Both the position numbers and the translations under genes were made by a program. A stretch of 64,000 nucleotides of DNA from a virus. Its lineage: Duplodnaviria; Caudoviricetes. A model generated the notes under the pieces. It was not told the DNA's origin. It did no database searches and saw only the letters and a program-made list of their open reading frames with translations. The DNA is taken from the IMG/VR virus record IMGVR_UViG_3300020369_000001, positions 8,840 to 72,839 of that record. One strand, given 5' to 3'. Each line of letters opens with the position of its first letter. The first letter of the stretch is position 1. Below, piece by piece: positions 29,029 to 40,000 of the stretch.

Positions 29029-29729
29029 TTGATACAGGAGAACCTAAAATGAAAAATCAAGATTTGAAAGTCGGTGACACGGTGATGCTTTCGAGTGGAA
29101 GCAAGTGGACTATCAATATCCTTGACAACCCTTTAAATGTAGTTGGTGAAGTTGTTGAGAAGGGGAACTCTTGGGTATTTGTGCAATGGTCTAATGGCGG
29201 ATACAATTCATATAAGTCTAAAGACTCAGACTTAATCCTGTGTAATAATTCAGATAAGGAACCTGATATGCAAAAGAATAACACTACAAAAGACCTTATT
29301 GACAATATCTCACACGCTTACGAAATCCTTTGCAATAGTGAAAATGCGGTGCAAATGCTTCAACAAGAAGTCGTAAACAACCGCAAAGCTTACGAAGATG
29401 CTGTTGAAGAGTTGCAAAAGTCTGTACAGGATAAAGGTTTTAAAGTAGAATCCATCCAGGACGCTTCATCGAAACCTAAGAAGAACTTTGATCGGTACTC
29501 GTATTGGGATGTTTCTGAATGGACTGAAGAAGAAATTGAAAAGGCCGCTGATATTCTTGCTGAGGAGTTTGGAGCTAATAAATATTCTTTAGATATTTTT
29601 GGAAGGTATTATCTACTCCTTATTGATGCTGGTAATGATATTCTGGTACAGAGCTATGAAAATCTCACAGAGATATCGGAAGTGATTGGTAAGGAGTTTA
29701 ACCAACGCACTAAACAAGACATTCTATAA
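29025..29729 (+). CDS. Hypothetical protein (N-terminal SH3-like plus coiled coil)
   Basis: LKVGDTVML N-terminus; helical middle. Confidence 0.5.
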   Translation: MIDTGEPKMKNQDLKVGDTVMLSSGSKWTINILDNPLNVVGEVVEKGNSWVFVQWSNGGYNSYKSKDSDLILCNNSDKEPDMQKNNTTKDLIDNISHAYEILCNSENAVQMLQQEVVNNRKAYEDAVEELQKSVQDKGFKVESIQDASSKPKKNFDRYSYWDVSEWTEEEIEKAADILAEEFGANKYSLDIFGRYYLLLIDAGNDILVQSYENLTEISEVIGKEFNQRTKQDIL

Positions 29730-29744
29730 GTAATGCCTTTCAAA

Positions 29745-29776
29745 GCCCGCTTGCTTAATTGCTTGCGGGTATTTTT
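29745..29776 (+). terminator. Rho-independent terminator
   Basis: GCCCGC...GCGGGT followed by ATTTTT. Confidence 0.65.
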
Positions 29777-30105
29777 ATGCGTGGGTGGGAAAAGATAAAT
29801 CAGTTTCAACGGTGAGAAGTTTGTAGTAAGGGTTTCGATGGGCAGCTTCGACGATTTAGATTTGAAAGTTGCTGAAAAATTTGGGGAACGGGGTCGAGCT
29901 TCAGCGGCGGAGCATGTAAAGCGCTTAGAAGTGTTGGTTACTTCTGATTTGTGATTTGTGTTGGGATTTGTTGAAAAGGTCGTGTTACCCAGGATTCAAT
30001 CCGGATTCATACCTTGGTATTATCGCCAAGTGCTTTGCAGGTATGCTAAGCGCGTGCGCGGTGCTATTTAGGCGGATGTCTTGAAAATTTATTTTCTCAG
30101 ACCTA

Positions 30106-30133
30106 TTGACCAGTCCCTTAGAACGTCTATAAT
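30106..30133 (+). promoter_or_regulatory. Strong sigma70-like early promoter
   Basis: TTGACC-16-TATAAT upstream of 30175. Confidence 0.75.
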
Positions 30134-30901
30134 CCTAGGTATCGAAAGCAAACGTACCGAGGAGTGCTAAAAATATGAACGGTTATGAGAAGCTTTTAAG
30201 CAGCATTAACACTAACCATAAGATCGCAGAAGATGTGTTAGACCGTGCGCACGCATACAGGGCATTTAAAGACGACTCGCTAGGTTATATGGATGCGCAT
30301 GAATACGAAGGATTGCGGGAAGGATTGAACGCCTACGCAGTATCGAAGGAGTGCTACAACCAACTACTAAAGCGTTTTGGAGGTGCTGTTGATTATATTC
30401 TTGACACATACAGCGATTGTCTATAATGTCTTACATAGCAACGGCGCATAGGGCGCTTTGCAGTATTAAACCAATGACTCGATAGGTGCTTTATGAAAGC
30501 TAAGGTTACTAATACAATGGTAGGTAGTTTTCTATATAACTTGGGAATCAGTTATCATGAGTATGGCGTACTGAGGTGCTCAAAAACAAAACGCAAGCTA
30601 TACGATTTTTATAAATGCGACTCGGTAACTTCTGAACAGCGTGCAAAAATAGTTGAAAGCATACCAGATGCAGAATTCAAAACAGCGTCACCACAATATG
30701 CACCTGAATTAAAAAGAGTCCTGGTGTGCATCCCAAAGGCAGCATTGAGAGGTAGAAAATAAAATGTATCAATTCATCATAAAATCAGGTATGCTGGCAG
30801 TCGCTCTAAAACGCTATAACCGAGAGTCTGCCGACATCTTACGCAAGCAATTAGACAATGCCGGTATTTATTACAGAGAAGAAATTGTTTTAAAATAGGC
30901 G

Positions 30902-30954
30902 TTGACAGTACTTGGTAAGATTGATAAAGTACGCAGTGTAAGAAACACTCACAC
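30902..30954 (+). promoter_or_regulatory. Promoter plus leader module, copy 1
   Basis: TTGACA-17-TAAAGT then TGTAAGAAACACTCACAC (30937-30954). Confidence 0.75.
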
Positions 30955-31332
30955 ACTATTCGATAGGCGGTGTTATGAAAAACGCACAATTTGTTATCAA
31001 CGGCTTATTTGCAAACGTAGAAAAGGATGATTATGAGCACGGATGCGACATCACAAGCGGTACGAATAAGCAAGTGGACATTATCTTTAAAGCTGATTCT
31101 ATACAGTCGCTTATTGATAAAGTCAACGAATTTGTAGGTAGTTCAGACTATATGGTAAACCCATGCGAAGATGAGCCAAGCCGCATTGACTGGCAAGTTA
31201 TGGAGAATGTTGACGGCCTTCCTGCTAATTCCAGTGATGTAGAACTTTGGAAAGTTGGTAAACGTGACTTATACCTTGTGGATTATACCGCTATTGTACA
31301 GCAAGTGATAGATGTTGACGTGGAAACAGTGC

Positions 31333-31384
31333 TTGCAAAAACTGGTAATAACCTTTAAAGTAACGTTGTAAGAAACACTCACAC
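31333..31384 (+). promoter_or_regulatory. Promoter plus leader module, copy 2
   Basis: TTGCAA-17-TAAAGT then identical TGTAAGAAACACTCACAC (31367-31384). Confidence 0.75.
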
Positions 31385-31404
31385 TTAACCAAGAGACTAA
31401 ACAA

Positions 31405-32076
31405 ATGCTAAACTTTACAAATGCCACTATCAGCGAACTAAACACTTTTGGCGCGTCAATTGCTAAAGGTATGGAATTTCTAGACTTCAAAGAAACAGCT
31501 TTAAAAGCGCTGTTAGAGACTGGCAATATTTCCGACGCTGTACAGGAAACGCTAGAAACGCTTAACGACGATGCAACCGAAGCATGGGCGCATTATACTA
31601 GCTATACCCCTTTTGAGTTTTATGCAAAGGAACTAAACGACCGTGAAGACAGTGACAGCGCTTGGGATGCGATGTTGGATGGTTTTTATGATGCGTATGG
31701 GGATACTGTGCAAGCGCTTGAAAGCGATATTAAGGAATACTTAGTAGAAGCTATTGACGATATAGAAGTGTCAAAACTAGGCATTGAACTTCCCGAGTGG
31801 ATTGAAAGCGATTTGTTAGTGTGTGACGTATACGCTATTAGTGAAGGAGGATGCGCAAGTGGTGCATACATGCCCGCTGTTACGTATTTCATTGCTAATG
31901 AAACAATGGCAGTGCATGGTGACGATGTTTTAGAATACATCGAAAGCACTTTAGGTGAAATACCAACGTTACCGGACAATGAAAGCTGGTCAGGCATTGC
32001 AGTACACTTTTTGAGCATTGCAGTTGAGTTGTTTGCAATGGAAGTAGTAGCACAAATTGACAGTATGAAAGAATAG
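31405..32076 (+). CDS. Highly acidic early protein, possible DNA mimic
   Basis: About 46 D/E versus 8 K/R in 223 aa; GGCASGAYMPAVTY motif. Confidence 0.4.
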   Translation: MLNFTNATISELNTFGASIAKGMEFLDFKETALKALLETGNISDAVQETLETLNDDATEAWAHYTSYTPFEFYAKELNDREDSDSAWDAMLDGFYDAYGDTVQALESDIKEYLVEAIDDIEVSKLGIELPEWIESDLLVCDVYAISEGGCASGAYMPAVTYFIANETMAVHGDDVLEYIESTLGEIPTLPDNESWSGIAVHFLSIAVELFAMEVVAQIDSMKE

Positions 32077-33081
32077 GCTTTAAAGGATACTTGCCAAGGA
32101 TGGCATAAAACGTTATTAATTAACTTATAAAGGCGTTTACACCATGCAATCAATAAACCAGGTTAAACAAGCACTAGCAAACGGTCTGGCAGTTCACTGG
32201 TCAAATAGTGCTTATAAGGTATTAGACGATTCTACGGGATTGTTAGTTTCTTATAACAAAGGGCAGAATTATGCTGGCTTACAAAATACTAAACACGATG
32301 TCTTATGGTGTTATGTATCAAAGGCGGATTGTTTAAAACTTGCCAAGCGCCATGGCGTGAAGTTTGTTTGCTATGAACCAATAGAAGATGCCTACTACTT
32401 CCAAAGTGGTAATTATCAAAACGGCTTTTATGAATATCGGGTTCTAGCGAATAATTTAATATGCGAGAAGTCTTTTGAGATTATGATTGCCAATGGCCTT
32501 ACCGACAATAATAAAGCAACTTTTGAAAAATAAGGGGCGATTCTATTATGAACCCATTAAATGCCAATGACGTTGGTATGGTCTCTATACAGTACCTATC
32601 AAGCACCGGATATAAGCCTAAGCACTTTAAACTTAAAAAACGTGTGAGCCGTGGTATATTCATTGACCTGCAAAGCAAGTTAGAATCTAATCCTAAAGTC
32701 TTAATTGTTAAAGGTTATACGTATAACGGGTATATTTGATCATGGAGACCTTCACAGTACCATCAACACCTGAACAACACTATGAACGTAAGCAAGAAGT
32801 AGCATACTGGCTATCAAAGCCCCCTTCCCATTGTTATCTATACATCGACAGCCTAACGTTGGAGGTGTTGACAGAGTATGGAGACATGGTAGGGAATGCA
32901 TTTTATAAAAAACCTTACCAATATAACGTGGTAGGCACTAACAACATTCTCTATACAGCTAGGCTCGATAGGATGTTGTACCCAAAGGATGATGAGCGCT
33001 TGCAAGGGTATTTTTTATACGCTGAACAGCATGAGCAAAGCAGGATTAAAAGATTATGGAAGAAAAAATTGGTGCGAAGTG

Positions 33082-33109
33082 TTGACGCGGTGCGTAGGTA
33101 TGCTATTAT
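33082..33109 (+). promoter_or_regulatory. Sigma70-like promoter with extended -10
   Basis: TTGACG-16-TATTAT with TGn. Confidence 0.6.
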
Positions 33110-33747
33110 GAATGCATAAACCAACGCATCAAAGGAAACGCAGCCATGACCAACTCACAACTCTTCAAAAAAGCCCATGAGATGACACGTGCAACAGTAC
33201 GCGATGGCGATAATTACCAAGCGACATTTGGAGCATGTCTTAAGATAATCAAAGCGCAATCTGAGCGTAAAGTAGACTTCCTTGAGGTCGTGGGCAGCGC
33301 GTTAAATTCATTTGCCATCATGCTGGTCGTTACTTTTATGCTAGTACTGGTCGGTTCATTGTTCGGTAACATGCTAGGCTACGCTTTAGTAGGTGCGATT
33401 GTAGCGGCTGTTGTAGGAGCCATTGCCACTATTGTTTTCGTAATTGATGATGTCAAATTCACTATCATGTTAACCAACTAGTAAAAAAAAGGTAAGGCCA
33501 ACTATTAAGAGGTGATAAAATGCGAAAGCCTAGCAAACTACCTATTGATGGGCATGTTATTGACCATAATATAAAAAGACTTCCCAAAGCTGTATACGTG
33601 CTATTATTGTGGTGAACCTGCGCCTAACTATTCACGCTGTACATTAACCAAGGTTATGGATGATATTCACTGGTGCAATGAATGTTATAATGCGTGGAAA
33701 GCTTGCCAGCCATTTGATTAATACAATTTGATAGACTTTATCAATAC

Positions 33748-33769
33748 GCCCCTATAAAGGGGCTTTTTT
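33748..33769 (+). terminator. Rho-independent terminator closing the early cassette
   Basis: GCCCCT-ATAA-AGGGGC-TTTTTT. Confidence 0.85.
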
Positions 33770-33779
33770 ATGCGTGGTA

Positions 33780-34750
33780 TTTAGGTCTTGTACAGTGTGT
33801 GGTGTGTCAATATATCCTATTGAGCTTGTCACCCACAAATATACACGCCTTCCCCAGAAATTTAACAATCGCCCTTCACACTACCTACCAAGCCCCTTAT
33901 CAAATATCCTATGCAGCCTGGGCATGGCATTACACACCTATTTAACATAATACGTCTTATGCGTACTCACTGCCCATGCTCACCAAGCATACTATAAAGC
34001 ACCTCTTAATACGCTCTCACAATGCTTCCTGAGCGCTTATAAAGTTACCCTATGGAAAGGTATTGGGTAGGCTGGTAAAAGGCTGTGAAGGGGCTTGTGA
34101 GAGCTTAGGAGGTGGTGTGAAGGGTATTTGTAGGGACTGTGTAGGTGGTATTTCAAGCGGGGGTAGGTAGGTCGTATGGGGTTTAGATAAGCACTCTAAT
34201 ACATTTTGAGGCTTTCCCAATGCCTTTCGACCCCCTTTATATTTTTTGGAGTGATTTCAAAAGTCGCTATAATTTTTCTTGGGATACAGCTTTTTCAGGA
34301 TAGTCAGTAGGATTACTGTACAATACCCTGTTAAGTATGCTTTTGAATACCATACTCATTAGGGATAGTTTTGTTTAAGATATTGGGAAGGATTCTTGGA
34401 AGGGACACTGTAAAGTATCTTACACGACACCACAACATAGATTACACGATACTCAGGATAGTGTTAGTGTATTATAAAGGTGTTGTTAAAGATATGTGCG
34501 GTAGCACAGGTGGTTAACAGGAATTTATAGGGCTATAAGGACTTTAAAAAGAGAGGACGGGATTACGTTAATCCAACCGTCCTTTTCTTCTAAGGAACCT
34601 TTAGACCTATAGAGGGTGTTGGTAAGTGGTGTGCTGGCGCACAGAATGTTTACCAGCACTTCTATAAAAGCCTGTTCAGTATTCTACTAATATGTTTACT
34701 AGTGGAAATTGGCTTTTTGAGGGTATCATTTTTGATACCTTTAGAAACCT
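33780..34750. other. About 1 kb non-coding region with strand-skew switch and inverted repeats (terminus/origin candidate)
   Basis: C/A-rich then G/T-rich halves, several 9-14 bp inverted pairs, no long ORF. Confidence 0.5.
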
Positions 34751-35437
34751 CTAATATTCCTTATCACGTTCTTTGTATTCCTTCCACCATCTTTTTACAG
34801 TAGCTATAGAGACTTTTAGTTCCTCAGCAACTTTCTTCTGTGTCATTTTTTGTTGGTACATTTGATACCCTAAACTTTTATCAGAAAGCTCTTCTATGCC
34901 AGTATGTCTTTTCAAACGATTAATCTCTTTACTGTGCGTATCAACCTCATATTCTAAACCCTCTACACGATCTTCTAATCCTTCTAATTTATCACTGACT
35001 TTCTTATACCGTGACAATCGTGTGATCTGTTGATTGACTGTGTTAGATGATTTCAAAGCCGATTTATCCATAGTACCATTTCTGAGCATTGTCTTCTGTG
35101 CAGGATGATCTTCGTGTGCTTTAACAGTCTCTTTAGAATGGTAATAAGGATTGTGTTTAATACCATCTAACCATTCAAGTGACTTGTCATGTACTGTAAC
35201 AGAGTATTCTAAGGCTTCTCTGGGTGTTCCTCCATTGTCAAGTATGTATTTGTAAGCTGCTAGACCTATGTTGTATGGAACAGTCTCTCTTGTGGTGCCT
35301 TGGTAATTCTTCTTAAAAGTTTTGTCAGTTATTGCTTTCACAGCTTCCCTTTTCTTGAAGTCTTGGTTGTCTGCATTACTGAAGAACTTTGTAAGCATTT
35401 CCTCGACATCTTTAAAATCAGGATCACTCTTGCTCAT
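34751..35437 (-). CDS. DNA-binding protein with coiled coil and C-terminal HTH
   Basis: KMTQKKVAEELKVSIATVKRWW. Confidence 0.7.
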   Translation of the reverse strand: MSKSDPDFKDVEEMLTKFFSNADNQDFKKREAVKAITDKTFKKNYQGTTRETVPYNIGLAAYKYILDNGGTPREALEYSVTVHDKSLEWLDGIKHNPYYHSKETVKAHEDHPAQKTMLRNGTMDKSALKSSNTVNQQITRLSRYKKVSDKLEGLEDRVEGLEYEVDTHSKEINRLKRHTGIEELSDKSLGYQMYQQKMTQKKVAEELKVSIATVKRWWKEYKERDKEY

Positions 35438-37064
35438 AAAACTCTTGCACCTCTTTTTGGACGATAATGTTATTTGGAGAGACGTAATTCACAAACGATA
35501 AATTTCTAAGGTCTTTTACACGGCTTAATGCAACGTATAATTGACCGTGTTCAAAACAGCCTCTTCCAACGTTTATTGTGGCTGCTTCCAATGTCATACC
35601 TTGTGATTTATGGATAGACACTGCCCAACCTAATTTCAAAGGGTATTGTTGATAGGTTGCATCGACAGTCTTTTTAACGCCTTCACTGCCTTTGTTGTAT
35701 TTAACACGTTCCCACTTGTGTTCTTCAACAATAACATCTTGTTGGTCTGAATCTTTGGTCACAACGATACCATAATTATTCATAGACTTGACAGTACCCA
35801 TCATACCGTTCTGGTAAGCACCTTCTGGGTGATTAGCACAGATAACAACCTTTGCACCAACCTTCAATTCTAAACGTGTTGTAACAGGCTTTTCTGATTC
35901 TGACCACTTACCAGAGTAGTTCGCAAAGAATGTCTTTGAAGGTGTCTTTAATTGCTTGAACCAGTAATTATTGATGTTATCAACATCTCTATTGAATACG
36001 CATAAGTTAATGCTAGAGTTGGTCTTATCGTGCGGTTTTGCTTCCTTTTGAATAATGTCTAGCGCATGTTTATGGTTCTTATCTTTTCGACGGATAGATT
36101 TCAGAATGTTTATCTGCCGTTTATCACTTTGTCGGAATACTTTACGAAGCTCTACCTTTTCAAAGTCCCAAGAGTCACTTGAGAAGCAGAATCTTGAAGA
36201 GCGGCCTTCCTCCTGGTAATACTGCTCTTTGTCGTAATTACTGACGATAGGAGGTATTTGGTAGAAATCCCCTACAACCACCATCTGTATTCCACCAAAA
36301 GGCAGATTGTTATTACGTGCTTGCTTCAGTTTCCAATCAATGAGGCTTAGGTAATCAGCTCTCAACATACTGACTTCATCAATCACAATGCGCTTTAGAT
36401 TTTTAGCATTTAATACTTGTCGTGTTGCTGAATCTAAACGGTAATCTTCTTCTGTAACCACTGTGGTAGGCAACCTGAAGATTCTGTGGCAAGTTGACCC
36501 GCCGATGTTAAGTGCTGCAATACCGGAAGGCGCACATAAGATTGTATTGGAATCTGTGACTTTACGAATAATCCAGCTTTTACCACAACCTCCACCACCT
36601 GTTACGAAAACATTTTCACCGTTAAGGATTTTGTATATTGCTAACTCTTGCCCTTTTAGATCATTAGGATCAGATTCCAGAATGTGCTTAAACTCCTCCG
36701 GTGTGTCGTCAATAACACCGAGACTGTCCAAATGGTCTACTACGTCAGAAGGCATTGTTTCGTAAAGCTCACCAAGACGCTTCCTACGTTCAATCTCATT
36801 AAGTTCAAAATCAATTTCAGAGTCAAAAGGTAAACCTAGTTCCTTGCTAATCTTCTCTCCCTTCTCTACAGCTTTTTCCTTGTCGATAGAGAGGTTCTGA
36901 ACATAAAGACTCCCTTTAAAGTCTTTATACCCATTGTTGAATGTACCCCACTTTCGCAGGGTATACATACGTGTTTTCTCACCCGTTGCTATAAACGTTT
37001 TCTCAGCTCTAAACATCCTCTCATCCCTCCTTATAATCTTCCCAACCTGCGCATCCACCACCAA
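35424..37064 (-). CDS. PIF1/RecD-like SF1B DNA helicase with N-terminal extension
   Basis: TGGGGCGKS, APSGIAA, IDEVSM, FGGIQMVVVGDFYQIPP, FRQ, HKSQGMTL, YVALSR; start uncertain. Confidence 0.92.
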   Translation of the reverse strand: MVVDAQVGKIIRRDERMFRAEKTFIATGEKTRMYTLRKWGTFNNGYKDFKGSLYVQNLSIDKEKAVEKGEKISKELGLPFDSEIDFELNEIERRKRLGELYETMPSDVVDHLDSLGVIDDTPEEFKHILESDPNDLKGQELAIYKILNGENVFVTGGGGCGKSWIIRKVTDSNTILCAPSGIAALNIGGSTCHRIFRLPTTVVTEEDYRLDSATRQVLNAKNLKRIVIDEVSMLRADYLSLIDWKLKQARNNNLPFGGIQMVVVGDFYQIPPIVSNYDKEQYYQEEGRSSRFCFSSDSWDFEKVELRKVFRQSDKRQINILKSIRRKDKNHKHALDIIQKEAKPHDKTNSSINLCVFNRDVDNINNYWFKQLKTPSKTFFANYSGKWSESEKPVTTRLELKVGAKVVICANHPEGAYQNGMMGTVKSMNNYGIVVTKDSDQQDVIVEEHKWERVKYNKGSEGVKKTVDATYQQYPLKLGWAVSIHKSQGMTLEAATINVGRGCFEHGQLYVALSRVKDLRNLSFVNYVSPNNIIVQKEVQEFYEQE

Positions 37065-40000
37065 GACCTTTATAACTCACCCAAACCTTCTGCTTAAACT
37101 GTTGAGCAAACTTCTTAGCACGTTCCTTAATCTCTTCGTGACCAATCAGGATAGGTTCTGAAGCACATTCTAAAACCTCCGTATGCACATCGGGACGTGA
37201 CCAAGAGGTTCCTTCAGAACGATGTCTACCAAGTGAAATAACATAAGTGTGATAAGAGTGTCCTCTCACGTCAATACCTGTGTCTTTGAACAAATCTTCA
37301 CCATTACTGTGCCAAGGTGCATGTACATCTTCCACCGAACCATCTTCAAGAGTAAACTTCAACGTGGCCCCTGCCATACCGTTCTTGTTATTGGTTACAA
37401 CATAGATGTTATCTTCGGAGTTTTCTTGAATAGCAACGTACCAAGTACCTCGCTTTCCAACCACCTTACGAAATACTTTTGATTGTGCTTCACCTTGTCC
37501 AGAAATTGTTGGCCCATAAATACTGAACTCTACACTGTCTTTATACATGATCTTCTCCTGTGTTGTACTATTCATAACCCACCCACATAATAATCATACA
37601 TTTCCAAAAGCTCTTCATCACTTACATTCTCAAGTAATGGCAACTCATCCTCCATACCGTTATCAATACACGCTTGCCATTTTCTACTTGAACGGATCAT
37701 GCTAATCACAAGATTTCTCACGACATGCCTCCAAGTTTTCGATAAGCACCTTCATATCTCTCAAGAGCTTTCTCACCAGCTTTCTTAAACTCTGTTTCTA
37801 CAGGTGTCTCTACAACCTTCTTAAAAAACTCCCAATCTTCTTCGGTAAGCTCCCAATGTGTTTTGTCTAGGCGATTTTCAATGTTCATAATCTCACTACT
37901 CCTCTAAAAGATATTCTGCACCACACCGTGTACTTAACAGATAGTCAATATATTCATCATTATCTTTCAAATCCCTGCTGTTATCAAGAGCATTATTAAA
38001 ACCCTCCTGCAAACAATCTTCACAAAAGAATGTCTCAAGCACATCAATAATCTTCTGAGAATCATCTGATTGAAATGTGAAGGATGGTGAAGAACCTTTC
38101 ACAAGGTTGTATTTATACGTTTGTTTCATATTATAAACCTCCTTTCCTATGGGTAAACATCGTATTCATCAGGATTGCCCAACTTTTCAATACGAACTTG
38201 CAAATTGTGTTTCTCAAGCAGTGTCATAAAGAATAGGTACTGTTCTTCGTCATCTAAATCATAGTAATCACTCTGCCAATCACTTCCTATGACGCCTTCA
38301 AACACTAGCACATCTGCGAAACAATCTTCGATAGAGTGTGCAGAGCCATTTTGATCGAAGTCTGGATGTTCGTCAAGGTCAATGTTAAAGACTTCCATAA
38401 GGTCTTCGTAATCACAGCAATCACATGGCGATACATCGTACCAAGAATCGTTGTTGAAGTAATATGTTTTTCTTTTAGTCATAAAGTATCTCCATTCTCC
38501 TCAGCAAGCAACCTTGACAATACCTTAATCACATCTTCAAGCCTTTCAATCTCTTTATCTTGTTGTGCAATAGTGTCCATACAGTTACCAACGTTCTCTG
38601 TAAGGACTTCGTTACGTTCTCGTTCGGCAACAAGCTCTTCAAAATATGTTGGCATCACTGATTCTCCAATTCAAGCATATAGATTTTATTCATTGTAATC
38701 ACCCCTCCAAAGTTGCTAAATAAATCTCATCACCAATATGCCACTTTAAAGCAATCACCACAACCTTATTTCCATCAAACCTCAAAACAAACGGGTCAAC
38801 GCCTTTTGAAATACCTTGTGCAACATCTTTTGCACATTCGCTAGGTATGGATATTGACCCAAAGTTTAGAGACTTGCCTGTTGAGGTTTTGTAAACGATC
38901 TTCATAGACCGTCACCAGTCTCCTGGTAGGGCACCCACCCACCTCCAATTTCTACTTCAGCGTACTCATCTAATTTTTGTACAACAAGCGCTGGATACAC
39001 GTCACCATCAGCAAATAACACAACCTCTGCATCAGGGTCTTGGTGCATAAGTTGTCCAATCAATTCACGAACTGTTAAAGGTTTTCCTGTAGTTTCATTT
39101 ATCATATATCACCTCCGCAATAAGTTCTTCATCAATCATTCTAAACACATTCTTCGGAATATGCAACCCATCATTATGAAGACTCTCAAGTTTCTCGTAA
39201 AGCTCTTCGAGAGAATCTGCCCAATACGTCTTATCAGCGTGTTTTGGATTGATTGGTACGTACTTTAGATTCTTCATTAGCCAATGACGCTTTTCAAGAG
39301 CTAATGAATAGGTTGTTGGGTCGTATGTGTCAATAAGAAAGCGCTTTGCAAGGGTTTCAACATCTTCACCAAGGATTTCGGTATTTGTTGGGTGATTAGC
39401 TTTCACATGGATTATGAAATGACGTATTGATGAATCTTCGTCACCATCATCAACACATGCTTCATAAACATACACGTCAGATTGCATATTATCATCAGAC
39501 CATCGGCAGTAGGACATTTAAATCTCCTTCTAAGTAGTACCCCGCATCCAAATTGTTGCAGCTTGTTTAACCATCTCTGGATAATCTGAATCTTTCTTTG
39601 TGAACAGTGTACCAGCTTGTAAATCTTCTTTAGAAACTAAATAGGCATGCTGGTGGTCTTTCCAATCTTCGTAATTATCCAAAAGCTTCTTAGAAAGTGC
39701 ATCGTACTCATGGTCTTCGACAAGACTTTCAAATTGTATGTAATACATATAGCTGCAACACAAGTAGGCTTGTAAACATTGTTTTGGTGTTAGTTCACTG
39801 ATGAGCACCTATAAAACCTCCTCCTTTTGTTTATTCATTTCTGGAACCCTTTCGCAATAATTGCAAAGGCCATCAAAGGCATCCAGAAGATACACAGTGT
39901 AATAAAGTCAATCACTGTGAAGTCACTTTTAACATTTGCTGCTAAAGATTCTTCTTGATCCCACTTTTGGAATAACGTTGCAATAACACCGCCAATGAAT

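Larger units (their letters stand above)
30175..33481 (+). other. Early/host-takeover-like cassette of small hypothetical genes
   Basis: 30175-30426, 30493-30762, 30975-31358, 31405-32076, 32144-32533, 32548-32739, 32736-33119, 33146-33481; most have their own sigma70-like promoter. Confidence 0.65.

Noticed and set aside
31686-32153. 155-aa minus-strand ORF
   Set aside because: Antisense shadow of 31405-32076.
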